Shown: positions 8,513 through 17,838 of the stretch, piece by piece | Numbering within the stretch: the stretch's first letter is position 1 | Layout: each line of letters begins with the position of its first letter | From: Bacteroidota bacterium | Lineage (GTDB): Bacteria > Bacteroidota > Bacteroidia > Flavobacteriales > Schleiferiaceae | NCBI GenBank assembly: GCA_041158165.1 | Contig: JBEBBW010000002.1 | Span: 19,185 to 83,184 of the forward strand | Reading direction: 5' to 3' | Length of the DNA stretch: 64,000 nt | The notes under the pieces: generated by a model | What the model was told of the DNA's origin: nothing | The model's database searches: none | Seen by the model: the letters and a program-made list of their open reading frames with translations, nothing else | Program-made: the position numbers and the translations under genes

Positions 8513-9691
8513 ATGTTTCGGGCCGAACGTGTACGCGCTGCACTCCGTGAATTGGAGCGAAAAGGTCCGCCTGCGGCATGGCCACTCCATTGGGGAAAAT
8601 TCGAATTATTGCCTGCAGAAAAGGACTGGCTTGTTCACTTTGAACGCTACGCTGCGAAGTGGCCATCACTCATGGCCGATCCAGACTTTGCTCCCCCACC
8701 CGTTTCGAATGCGGAACAAGCGAGTTCACAAGCTACTGCACTTTGGCGCGGACAATGGCTACGGTCACATTCCGGTGACCAATCAGCCGGACATCTAGAA
8801 ACGCCGCACGCGCTCGACCTAACGGGAGGAAGCGGCATTGACTCTTGGGGATTAGAACGTGCCGGATACCAGGTGACTACCGTGGAACCTGACCCTTACT
8901 TAACTCAACTGCTGACCTGGAACGGCAAGAAAGCAAACCGCCATGTAATCCAAGGCAAAGCCGAAAATCAAGAATTTGGCACGCTGCAATTTCAAACGGT
9001 GTTCGTCGACCCTTCCCGCCGTACCAGTTCGGGCCGCATCGCGATTCGTGAACTCGGCGAACCAGACCCGTTTACCCACCTCCGTACATGGCAACAATGG
9101 GGCGCATACGTTGCAATCAAACTATCCCCAATGCTCGAGGCACGCGAAGTTTCGCGTTGGTTCCCTGAAGCAGATGAGTTCATATACGTCAGTGTGCGAA
9201 GAGAAGTGAAGGAACTGGTGGTGGGAATTCCTTTTGAGCGAAAATCTAAGACTAAGTTCATTGCCGTCAGCGTCGACGACGAGGGACGCGAACTTTTGCG
9301 CTGGACCACCCAGCCAAGTGTGCTTCCCGCGCGCGCCAATGCGGTGGGAACCTATTTATTTGATCCCGACCCTGCCCTCGCTGCATCAGGCGGAGCGGCC
9401 TCGTGGGCCGCAGCACACAACCTCGAAGGGCTTCATCCAGACAGTCGGCTGTTCACAAGCAACGTACTTTCCAACACGCCCTGTTCCCGGGTTTTTTCAG
9501 TTGATTCCATTCACGCTACACTACCCAATCACCTTAAAGCTGCAAGTGTGGTTGCACGGGCATTCCCCGAGCGGGCAGATGTGCTTCGCAAGCGGCTGCG
9601 CCTAGCTGAAGATTCGGAACGCTTTTTGTTTGCTACTCGGCTAGCCGGAAGCCTAGACCACGTCTACATCGTAGCCACGCGATTGGCCTGA
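8513..9691 (+). CDS. class I SAM-dependent methyltransferase with THUMP-like C-terminal domain
   Basis: 392 aa. LDLTGGSGIDSWGLERAGYQVTTVEPD matches SAM-binding motif I. The overall layout resembles the Bacteroidota THUMP-like methyltransferase family. Confidence 0.7.
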   Translation: MFRAERVRAALRELERKGPPAAWPLHWGKFELLPAEKDWLVHFERYAAKWPSLMADPDFAPPPVSNAEQASSQATALWRGQWLRSHSGDQSAGHLETPHALDLTGGSGIDSWGLERAGYQVTTVEPDPYLTQLLTWNGKKANRHVIQGKAENQEFGTLQFQTVFVDPSRRTSSGRIAIRELGEPDPFTHLRTWQQWGAYVAIKLSPMLEAREVSRWFPEADEFIYVSVRREVKELVVGIPFERKSKTKFIAVSVDDEGRELLRWTTQPSVLPARANAVGTYLFDPDPALAASGGAASWAAAHNLEGLHPDSRLFTSNVLSNTPCSRVFSVDSIHATLPNHLKAASVVARAFPERADVLRKRLRLAEDSERFLFATRLAGSLDHVYIVATRLA

Positions 9692-9713
9692 GCTTTTAAC
9701 TTAACTTTCCAGC

Positions 9714-12700
9714 GTGCGCTCCATCCTATTCGCAATCCTACTTTTCAGTGCGTCTGCCGCCTCTGGACAGCCGGTGATTGTGCCCAATTTAGGGCAGTGG
9801 GATGCTGCGTTTCGCGCGAAAACAGCCTTGTCAGACGGTGCGGTTTTTTGGACGGACCACGGATACCGAATTCGAGTGGTACACCCCAAGCACCGTGGCG
9901 GGGCGGTTCCCAATCCGCACTACCCCACCGTGCAATGGCCCGAGTCCTGGCCTGATGCCCATGCGGTTTTCGTCGACTTTTTGGGTGCACAGCCTACAGC
10001 TAAATCTGTGGGATCTGATCCCACGCCAAGTCCGCGCCACTACCTCTTGGGCCGCGATAAACAGCGCTGGAGGACCAATGTGCCGGAATTCGAGGATTGG
10101 CGAGTACGCGATGTATACCCTGGGATTGACTTTGTGGTCCACGCACACGAAGGGCTAAAATCCGAATGGCGCGTGGCCCCCAAGGCCGATCCGTCGCAAA
10201 TCCGCTTGTGCATCCGCGGCACTGTTCCCGTTCTTGACGCAGAGGGGGCGCTACGGCTCTCCACCCCCATGGGGACGTGGATTGAAGACCGCCCTGTAGC
10301 TTTTTCACTCAGCAAATCGGGCAAAGTTCCCGTCGCGGCTTCGTACCGTATCGTGGACGACACCGTGGTAGTATTCGAACTCGGTACCTACCGACGCAGC
10401 GACACCTTGGTCATTGATCCCAACCTCGTTTTTTCAAGTTTTTCAGGCTCGACCGCCGACAATTGGGGCTACACCGCAACCTACGATAACCAAGAAAACC
10501 TGTACGGTGGAGGTATCGTCTTCGATGTAGGTTACCCAACTAGCCCTGGGGCCTTTGACGCGAGCTACAATGACCCAAGCGCAGGATTTTCTACGATGGA
10601 TATTGGCTTGACCAAATTCAGCGCCAACGGGTCCCAGCGCCTGTATTCCACTTACATAGGAGGCGACGGGCCCGACCAGCCGCACTCGATGATGGTGAAT
10701 TCCGCCGGTGAACTCGTTATCATGGGAACCACAGGGTCGAGTGATTTCCCGGTGACTGCGGGTGCCTACGACGTTACGTTTAACGGGGGCCCACCGGCCA
10801 ACGGATCCACCGGATCGCCGCTCGCATTCAATTTTGACGACGGCGTGGACCTCTTTGTACTGAAGGTAAACCCCAGCGGCTCTGCGCTCGCAGCATCCAC
10901 ATTTGTCGGAACAGCCGGAAACGAAGGCTTGAACTTGGGCATTGCCTTGAACTACGGCGACGCGATGCGCGGCGAAGTTGTAGTCGATGCATTGGACCAA
11001 GTGTTTGTTGTTACCTCGACGCAGTCCTCCTCTTTTCCAGGGGCAACAGCGACCAACATGAGTACCGATGCAGTGGCGTTCTCTATGAATGCGTCCCTAA
11101 CTGCAATACGCTGGGCCACGCTACTCGGGGGCAGCAACCACGAGTCGGGTTACGGTATTAAAACGGACGCTAACGGAAAGGTATTTGTAACTGGCGGAAC
11201 GAGATCTACCAATTTTCCGGGCACCACGGGCGGACTCCACGCCACAGCCCGCGGAGGTGTGGACGGATGGATTGCGCGCCTAAGCAGTGCCGGGGTACTT
11301 GAAAAAGCAACCTACCTTGGTACATCGGGAAATGACCAGTCCTTTCTGCTCGATTTGGACAAATACGGAGCCGTCTATGTGTTTGGTCAAAGTTTGGGCA
11401 TTTATCCCCAGACGTCCGGAACTTGGGGCACACCCAACGGCAGCCAGTTTATTCACAAGCTCAATGCAGACTTGAATCAAACGCTCTTCTCTACTCGTTT
11501 TGGTTCGTCAAACAGTATTGTAAACATTGTTCCGAGTGCATTCAACGTAGACGATTGCCTGAACATCCTCTTGTCGGGTTGGGGCGGCGGCGTGAACGGT
11601 GGCGGACTCGGGGGCACCACCGCTGGACTCCCTGTTTCAAGTAATGCACTTCGACCTACCACCGACGGCAGTGATTTTTACTTCATGGTCCTTTCCCGGA
11701 ATGCCCAAAGCTTGACCTATGCAACCTATTTCGGTGGGACTTCGAGCGAACACGTTGACGGCGGAACCTCTCGATTTTCACCCCGCGGCAATATTTTCCA
11801 AGCGGTGTGCGCCGCCTGCGGCGGGCAGAGTTTTCCTACCACCCCCGGTGTGGTTGGCCCTACCCGAAATTCCAGCAATTGCAACTTGGGCGTGATAAAA
11901 ATTGACTTTGAAACCAGCGTCACCGCAGATGCAAGCATTGATTTTGAGGCCGACGTCGACACGCTTTGCGACGAGTTGGTGGTGACCTTCACCAACGGAT
12001 CAGCCAACGCGAACAAGTTTTTCTGGGATTTTGGCAACGGACAGACGTCGTCCGCATTTCAACCGACGGTCAGGTTCTCAAAAGGTACCTACCGAATCCG
12101 CTTAACGGCCATCGACACCATCTGCGACATTGAAGACACCACTTCGCTGGTGATCACCCACGACAAAGGGATTTTTCCAGAAGCAAGCTTCGAGCATCGT
12201 TTTAAAGCCTGCGACCGAACGTTTGAAGTCGTCGCCTGGAGCACGAGCATCGACGCGCAGCTGTCGACCTGGACGTTCGATGGCGCGTCGGCCAAAACGG
12301 GAGACACGGTGGTCCATCGATTTAATTCGCCCGGAACCCATGTCATCAGGCTGGTCGTTCGCGACACCGTGTGCGGAACTACCGACACCGCGTTCGCGTC
12401 GGTGTTTTTTGATCCGGACCTCCCCGCCCCCGACGTCAAGGTTGCGCCCGACAGCTGCAAGGACGGCAGAATTCGCGTCAACGTGAGCTACACCTTGGAC
12501 AGCATTGACTACCAGTTCCGCTGGATCTTCCCCAACGGGGTGGTGGACACGGGGCGCGTCACGACGTACCGGGTTCCGACCTCTGGAACGTACACGGTGA
12601 AGCTTGAACTAATTGACACCGTGTGCAATGCGGTCTATCCTTATGAATTCACGTCGGCCATACTTCGCTACGACCAGCGCGTTTGGATTCCCAATACGTT

Positions 12701-12938
12701 TACACCCAACGGCGACGGCCGCAACGAGTTGCTGGTGCTCGGAGGCAACAATTGCTTTGAAAACGACCACTTTACCATACTCAACAGTTTTGGAAACGTG
12801 GTGTTTGAAACCGACCGGCCGTTTGACGTGTTCTGGGACGGAACCCTCAACGGGAAACCAGCCCAACAGGACACCTACGTGTACCGGTTTGAGACCGAAG
12901 ACGGCCCGATTGTGGGCTACGTCAACTTGATTCGCTAA
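9714..12938 (+). CDS. secreted SBBP beta-propeller-repeat / PKD protein with T9SS type-B (gliding-associated) C-terminal sorting domain
   Basis: 1074 aa with a GTG start and signal peptide MRSILFAILLFSASAASGQ. It has repeated ..GG.G.D.g.gi..D..GnvyvtG.T.S.dFP.. SBBP-like units and PKD-like ..FFWDFGNGQTS... The C-terminus VWIPNTFTPNGDGRNE...DTYVYRF...GYVNLIR is the type-B CTD signature. Confidence 0.88.
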   Translation: MRSILFAILLFSASAASGQPVIVPNLGQWDAAFRAKTALSDGAVFWTDHGYRIRVVHPKHRGGAVPNPHYPTVQWPESWPDAHAVFVDFLGAQPTAKSVGSDPTPSPRHYLLGRDKQRWRTNVPEFEDWRVRDVYPGIDFVVHAHEGLKSEWRVAPKADPSQIRLCIRGTVPVLDAEGALRLSTPMGTWIEDRPVAFSLSKSGKVPVAASYRIVDDTVVVFELGTYRRSDTLVIDPNLVFSSFSGSTADNWGYTATYDNQENLYGGGIVFDVGYPTSPGAFDASYNDPSAGFSTMDIGLTKFSANGSQRLYSTYIGGDGPDQPHSMMVNSAGELVIMGTTGSSDFPVTAGAYDVTFNGGPPANGSTGSPLAFNFDDGVDLFVLKVNPSGSALAASTFVGTAGNEGLNLGIALNYGDAMRGEVVVDALDQVFVVTSTQSSSFPGATATNMSTDAVAFSMNASLTAIRWATLLGGSNHESGYGIKTDANGKVFVTGGTRSTNFPGTTGGLHATARGGVDGWIARLSSAGVLEKATYLGTSGNDQSFLLDLDKYGAVYVFGQSLGIYPQTSGTWGTPNGSQFIHKLNADLNQTLFSTRFGSSNSIVNIVPSAFNVDDCLNILLSGWGGGVNGGGLGGTTAGLPVSSNALRPTTDGSDFYFMVLSRNAQSLTYATYFGGTSSEHVDGGTSRFSPRGNIFQAVCAACGGQSFPTTPGVVGPTRNSSNCNLGVIKIDFETSVTADASIDFEADVDTLCDELVVTFTNGSANANKFFWDFGNGQTSSAFQPTVRFSKGTYRIRLTAIDTICDIEDTTSLVITHDKGIFPEASFEHRFKACDRTFEVVAWSTSIDAQLSTWTFDGASAKTGDTVVHRFNSPGTHVIRLVVRDTVCGTTDTAFASVFFDPDLPAPDVKVAPDSCKDGRIRVNVSYTLDSIDYQFRWIFPNGVVDTGRVTTYRVPTSGTYTVKLELIDTVCNAVYPYEFTSAILRYDQRVWIPNTFTPNGDGRNELLVLGGNNCFENDHFTILNSFGNVVFETDRPFDVFWDGTLNGKPAQQDTYVYRFETEDGPIVGYVNLIR

Positions 12939-12944
12939 GGCAGG

Positions 12945-14075
12945 TCAGTCGAGCTTCGGCAGGTTTTGAAGCGCGTGTACGAAGGCGTCGATTTCGTCGG
13001 TGGTCGTCATTCGCGAAAAGCTGATGCGGGTTCCGCCTGGGGATTTTAGTCCGCCCAAAACGTGTGAGCCGCCGACGGCGCCGCTGCTGCAGGCGCTTCC
13101 TCCTGAAACACAGAACCCTTGAAGGTCGAGTTGAAAGTTGAGCATGCCGCCTTCGTGAAGTTCGGGTACGTAGAAATTCAGGACCGTGAACAGGCTCTTG
13201 TCAAGATCGCCTGAACGGCCGTTGAAGCGAACTGTGGGGAACGCCGCGCGGATCGCGTCAATGGCATAAGATTTCACTCGGGTCATGTGGGCCGCGTCGG
13301 CGTCCAAGTGGGTCATGGCGGCCGAAAAAGCAGCGCCTAACCCGGCGATGCCTACTACGTTTTCGGTTCCGGCGCGGTGTCCGCGCTCCTGGGCCCCACC
13401 CCGAATGAAGGGTTGTACCCCGGTACCCTGCTTGATGTAGGCGAAACCTACCCCTTTGGGGCCATGAAACTTATGGGCGCTGCAGGCCGCAAACTCCAAG
13501 GGTGTAGCACCAAAATCCAGCTTGAGGTGAGCCATGGTTTGCACGGTATCGCTGTGCAAAAGGGCTCCGTGGGCGCGGGTCATGGCCGACAAACGGTCGA
13601 GGTCAGCCAAATTGCCAATTTCGTTGTTCGCGTGCATCAGGCTCACCAGGGCCTTGCGGCCTGCGGCTGCGTCGGCAGCAAGCGCCGCCTCGAGCCAGTC
13701 AAGGTCGTGGTCTCCGTGCTCGTTGAAGGGAATCGCCACACACTCCAGTTTGGGCGCCAAGGCCTCAACCATGTGCGTAACCGCGTGATGCTCCAACTCG
13801 CTGTGATACAATATATTCACGCCAAGAACTTCAACACTTGATTGAAGTGCCCAGTTGTCGGCCTCGGTTCCGCCAGACGTAAAGATCACTTCGGCCGGGA
13901 GGCAGTTCAGCGCCGCGGCAATTTCCTTGCGGACGCGCTCCACCAACGCTTTGGCTTTACGCCCTTCGGAGTGGGTCGAACTCGGATTGCCGTACAGCTC
14001 CAGGGCGGCGATCATGGCTTCCTTGGCTTCTGGGCAAAGGGGCGTGGTTGCAGCGTTGTCGAGGTAGATGCTCAT
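12945..14075 (-). CDS. cysteine desulfurase (class V aminotransferase, NifS/IscS-like)
   Basis: 376 aa. It shows the N-terminal IYLDNAATTP motif, the SAHKFHGPKG PLP-lysine motif and the SGGSACSSG catalytic Cys loop. Confidence 0.9.
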   Translation of the reverse strand: MSIYLDNAATTPLCPEAKEAMIAALELYGNPSSTHSEGRKAKALVERVRKEIAAALNCLPAEVIFTSGGTEADNWALQSSVEVLGVNILYHSELEHHAVTHMVEALAPKLECVAIPFNEHGDHDLDWLEAALAADAAAGRKALVSLMHANNEIGNLADLDRLSAMTRAHGALLHSDTVQTMAHLKLDFGATPLEFAACSAHKFHGPKGVGFAYIKQGTGVQPFIRGGAQERGHRAGTENVVGIAGLGAAFSAAMTHLDADAAHMTRVKSYAIDAIRAAFPTVRFNGRSGDLDKSLFTVLNFYVPELHEGGMLNFQLDLQGFCVSGGSACSSGAVGGSHVLGGLKSPGGTRISFSRMTTTDEIDAFVHALQNLPKLD

Positions 14076-14079
14076 GGCG

Positions 14080-14922
14080 TTACTTGGAATTTAAAGACCG
14101 CAGGGCCTTCCACACGATGGGCGGAGTGCACATCTTGGCCCATTCGATGAGGTTGGACTTAGTAAAACCGCGCATCGCTTGGCGGTCGTGTTCGGAATCC
14201 GGGCGCGAAACAAACTTGGTGGTCGCGCTAACGTTTTGCACGTCTACTTCACTCTTGGGGCGGCCGTTGCTGTAGTAGTACATCGCAATGGAATTGCGCG
14301 TTCGGTCCTCGGGGCACGTCAGGGGTTCGGGATGCCCGTGGTAGCTGAAATCCGTGGTCGAAAAGACCACCATCCGGTTGAACACCGGCAGCACCTTCTC
14401 GGCGCAGCGTGTCATTTTGGGGTCCCAGAGCTCCAAATGGCCTCCATAGGCGGAATCCCAATCTTTATTCAGGTAGACCAGCACGTTAATGCGGCGATCC
14501 AGCCCCAGGGTACGGTGTTTATTAAAGTCCGCGTGGACCTTTAGCAGCCCCCCCCTTTTGATTTGGTGCAATCCGCCCCCGAGCAGGTACGGATCACCAA
14601 TAAGGGGCTCACGAATTCCGGTCAAGGTTTGAATAAACTGGATGAAGGGCTGGGAATTTAGAAAGTGGATCAACTCCAGGTGCTGGGGCGGAATGCCCTG
14701 CTCCAACTGGCTCGCCGACTTAATTTCTTTGGCGTTGCTAAAGTGCTCTAGTTCCGGATGCTCAAAGAGGTTCGGAAACGTATCAGCCAAGCCACTCAGG
14801 TAGTCCGCATCAAAAAAATTGTCCCACACAATGTGCGGAAAGGGGTCTGCTCCGAGGTAGGCTGCTTGCGCATTCGATGCAAGCTGCTGAAGATTTTGGG
14901 TATTCCCAGGGCGAATGTTCAC
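14080..14922 (-). CDS. 2OG-Fe(II) oxygenase family protein
   Basis: 280 aa. The HxD...H facial triad is present (LKVHADFN ... FSYHGHPE) in a prolyl-4-hydroxylase-like layout. The GTG start overlaps the glmM stop (GTGA). Confidence 0.75.
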   Translation of the reverse strand: MNIRPGNTQNLQQLASNAQAAYLGADPFPHIVWDNFFDADYLSGLADTFPNLFEHPELEHFSNAKEIKSASQLEQGIPPQHLELIHFLNSQPFIQFIQTLTGIREPLIGDPYLLGGGLHQIKRGGLLKVHADFNKHRTLGLDRRINVLVYLNKDWDSAYGGHLELWDPKMTRCAEKVLPVFNRMVVFSTTDFSYHGHPEPLTCPEDRTRNSIAMYYYSNGRPKSEVDVQNVSATTKFVSRPDSEHDRQAMRGFTKSNLIEWAKMCTPPIVWKALRSLNSK

Positions 14923-16304
14923 AACTCGGCCAATTTAGTGACGAATTCAGCGGCGAGCGCCTCAGCGTCGGCAGGCGTCGGGGCCTCGGTATAGATGCGC
15001 ACGATGGGCTCGGTGTTGCTCTTGCGCAGGTGCACCCAACGATCAGCAAAGTCGATTTTGACGCCATCAATGGTCGACGGGCTCAAATGGGCGTGGGCCG
15101 CGGCAACCCGCGCTAGCAGCGCGTCGGTGTCTACCCCCGGCTGAAGGTCGATTTTCTCCTTGGCCATGGCGTAGTTCGGGTAGGTTGCGCGGAGGGCGGA
15201 ACAGGTTCCGCCCCTTTTCGCCAAGTAGGTAAGGAACAGGGCAACCCCAACGAGTGCGTCGCGGCCGTAGTGCAGTTCGGGGAGAATAATTCCGCCGTTG
15301 CCTTCGCCGCCCAGCACGGCGTGCTTCGCCTTCATTTCGGTGACGACGTGCACCTCGCCCACGGCCGACGCCGAATAGGTCGAAGCGTGGCGGCTGGCGA
15401 TGTCGCGTAGCGCACGGCTCGAACTCAAGTTGCTGACCACGTGGCCCGGACGGTGCTGCAGGAGGTAGTCGGCCACCGCAACAAGGGTATACTCCTCGCC
15501 AAACAGTTCGCCGTCTTCGCTCACAAATACCAAACGGTCGACGTCCGGGTCGACCACAATGCCTAGGTCGCAGCGGGTTTCGGGCACGAGCGCACAGATT
15601 TCGTCGAGGTGCTTGCGCAGCGGCTCGGGGTTGTGCGGAAAAAGTCCGGTGGGCTCACAGTACAGCCCTTCAATGCGTTGCACACCCAATGCCTCGAGAA
15701 GCATCGGAATGGCGATTCCGCCCGTAGAAGCAACGGCGTCTACCGCCACCGCAAAACCGCGGGCCCGAATGGCTTCAACGTCGACTAAATCCAGGTTGAG
15801 AATGGCCTGAATGTGGCGCTCGATGCCGTCGGTAACGGCGATGCGGCGGCCGAGGTCACTAACTGGGGCGAAATCAAACGTTCCGGCAGCACGGGCTGCG
15901 AGGATTTTGGCTCCGTCCTCCGCACTTAAAAACTCGCCGCGGGCGTTGAGCAGCTTGAGGGCATTCCATTCGCCCGGATTGTGGGAGGCCGTGAGAATAA
16001 TTCCGCCGTCGCAACCCTCCCAAGGCACCATCATTTCAACGGTCGGCGTGGTCGACAAGCCTAGGTCAAGCACATCAATGCCCTGAAAACGAAGGGTAGA
16101 AACCACGAGGTCACTTAGCGCCTCGCCAGAAACGCGGGCATCTCGTCCGAGCGCAACGCGCAGCCTGCGGTCACCGCCAGTCTGGCTGCGAAGCCACTGC
16201 CCGTAGGCGCTAGCGAAGGCTACCGCGTCAACGGGCGTTAAATTGGTTCCCACGGAGCCACCCACGGTCCCGCGAATTCCTGATACCGATGCAATAAGTG
16301 CCAT
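14919..16304 (-). CDS. glmM: phosphoglucosamine mutase
   Basis: 461 aa. GIILTASHNPGEWNALK contains the phosphoserine loop, and the size and layout fit Bacteroidota GlmM-type phosphohexomutases. A TACCTTTG -7 box lies 21 nt upstream. Confidence 0.85.
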   Translation of the reverse strand: MALIASVSGIRGTVGGSVGTNLTPVDAVAFASAYGQWLRSQTGGDRRLRVALGRDARVSGEALSDLVVSTLRFQGIDVLDLGLSTTPTVEMMVPWEGCDGGIILTASHNPGEWNALKLLNARGEFLSAEDGAKILAARAAGTFDFAPVSDLGRRIAVTDGIERHIQAILNLDLVDVEAIRARGFAVAVDAVASTGGIAIPMLLEALGVQRIEGLYCEPTGLFPHNPEPLRKHLDEICALVPETRCDLGIVVDPDVDRLVFVSEDGELFGEEYTLVAVADYLLQHRPGHVVSNLSSSRALRDIASRHASTYSASAVGEVHVVTEMKAKHAVLGGEGNGGIILPELHYGRDALVGVALFLTYLAKRGGTCSALRATYPNYAMAKEKIDLQPGVDTDALLARVAAAHAHLSPSTIDGVKIDFADRWVHLRKSNTEPIVRIYTEAPTPADAEALAAEFVTKLAEL

Positions 16305-16325
16305 GGCGAGGTATTTGGTCTAGTG

Positions 16326-16333
16326 CAAAGGTA
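16326..16333 (-). promoter_or_regulatory. -7 box TACCTTTG, 21 nt upstream of the glmM ATG
   Basis: The plus strand reads caaaggta. Perfect TAnnTTTG match. Confidence 0.55.
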
Positions 16334-16361
16334 GAACCGGCGCAGGCCGGATTCCGAGTCG

Positions 16362-16400
16362 GTGAATAACACAGTGAATAACGCGTGAAATCGGTGAGGA
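16362..16400 (+). repeat. four phased GTGA(A/G) direct repeats
   Basis: GTGAATAAC occurs at 16362 and 16374, GTGAAATC at 16385 and GTGAGGAA at 16394. The spacings are 12, 11 and 9 nt. The repeats lie in the glmM/TPR divergent promoter region. Confidence 0.4.
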
Positions 16401-16436
16401 ATTCCGAACGAAATTTGCCTAGGTTTACTCAACTTG

Positions 16437-17828
16437 ATGTACGACAGCGATTCCGACCCCCTTATTGAACGTTTTGAGCAAGCGCTGCGCGAAGACGCGC
16501 CGTTGTTTTTTGACGTAGAAGAGTTTGAAGAAATCGCAGACTACTACCTTGAAACCGGCCAGCTTCAGCGCGCCCGCAAGGCGATTGATATGGGCGGCGC
16601 GCAGCACCCCTACGCCACAGTGTTCGCGGCCAAAATGGCGCGGTACTTAGTCCAGGCATCGCAGCTCGAGGAGGCTGAAGAAGCCATTCAACGCGCCGAA
16701 GGACTCAGCCCAAACCACCCTGACATTGAGTGGGCGCGCGGCATGCTGCTGATTCGCCAAGGGCGCACCCAAGACGCCATTCTATCGCTGCGCAAGGCGA
16801 TTCAAAATTCCGACGACCCTTTTCCGATTCAAGGAACCCTGGCCTCGATTTACTCGGGGGCGGGCATGTTCAGCCATGCGATCCGCACCTTGAAAGCCAT
16901 GCTCCAAGAAGAACCCGAGGATGCGCACCTACTCTACTTGCTCGCCATCAATTTTGACATGGCGAACCGAGACGACAAGGCGGTTTCGTTCTTTGAAACC
17001 TACCTCAACGACTACCCCTACTCTGAAACGGCCTGGTACCATTTAGGCGTGGCTCAGTTTCGGCAGGGCCAGCACGAAGCAGCGAAGCGCAGCTTGGGCT
17101 TTGCCATCACCATCGACGAGAACTTCAGTGCCGCCTTGTTTGACATGGGCCGACTCCATGAGGATTTGGAGGAATTCGAAGAGGGTTTAAGCTGCTACCG
17201 CCAATCTATGGCTTCCAGTGAGCGCAACGGCTACACGCTCTACCGCGCCGGCGTTTGCCTTCAGTCGCTGGACCGCAACGCAGAAGCCATGCGCGCCTTC
17301 CAAGACGCCATAGATCTGGACGAGGAACTTGACGAGGCGTGGATTGAACTCGCAGTCCTCCACGGCGAGTCGGGCAATGCCCTCAAAGGCGTGCAGCACG
17401 CTCAAAAAGCGATTTCGCTGGACCCCGACAACCCCGACTACCACATGGTCGCCCACGACCTGTTCTTACAGCTCGGACTTCAGCGCGAAGCGGCAAAAAG
17501 CCTGCAGCTCATCCTGCACGCCCTGCGCGTTGAAAACCCAAAGGGCCTACTAGAGTATGCCGGGATTTTAGTGGAAATGAACCACGTAGATTCTGCGGTC
17601 ACCATTTTAGAAGCCGGAGTGCAGCGCTATGCCGACGACCCCGCCATGTGGGCCGTGTACTTTGGTTTTTTGTGGAACCTTGCCGCGGACCTTCCCGCCG
17701 CCCACAACGGCATCCAGCAGTCGTGGATTCGATTTGGGGCTGCGTTCCAAGACGCGCTGCTCGAACTCTACCCAGAGGCCAATTCCGACCCGGTGATTGC
17801 GCTCATTTGGACCCAACCCAGCGCCTAA
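16437..17828 (+). CDS. tetratricopeptide repeat protein
   Basis: Many 34-aa TPR-like repeats (..AWYHLGVAQFRQGQHEAAKRSLGFAITIDENF..). I used ATG 16437. The ORF track starts at the TTG at 16434. Confidence 0.8.
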   Translation: MYDSDSDPLIERFEQALREDAPLFFDVEEFEEIADYYLETGQLQRARKAIDMGGAQHPYATVFAAKMARYLVQASQLEEAEEAIQRAEGLSPNHPDIEWARGMLLIRQGRTQDAILSLRKAIQNSDDPFPIQGTLASIYSGAGMFSHAIRTLKAMLQEEPEDAHLLYLLAINFDMANRDDKAVSFFETYLNDYPYSETAWYHLGVAQFRQGQHEAAKRSLGFAITIDENFSAALFDMGRLHEDLEEFEEGLSCYRQSMASSERNGYTLYRAGVCLQSLDRNAEAMRAFQDAIDLDEELDEAWIELAVLHGESGNALKGVQHAQKAISLDPDNPDYHMVAHDLFLQLGLQREAAKSLQLILHALRVENPKGLLEYAGILVEMNHVDSAVTILEAGVQRYADDPAMWAVYFGFLWNLAADLPAAHNGIQQSWIRFGAAFQDALLELYPEANSDPVIALIWTQPSA

Positions 17829-17838
17829 CTTCGCCGCC

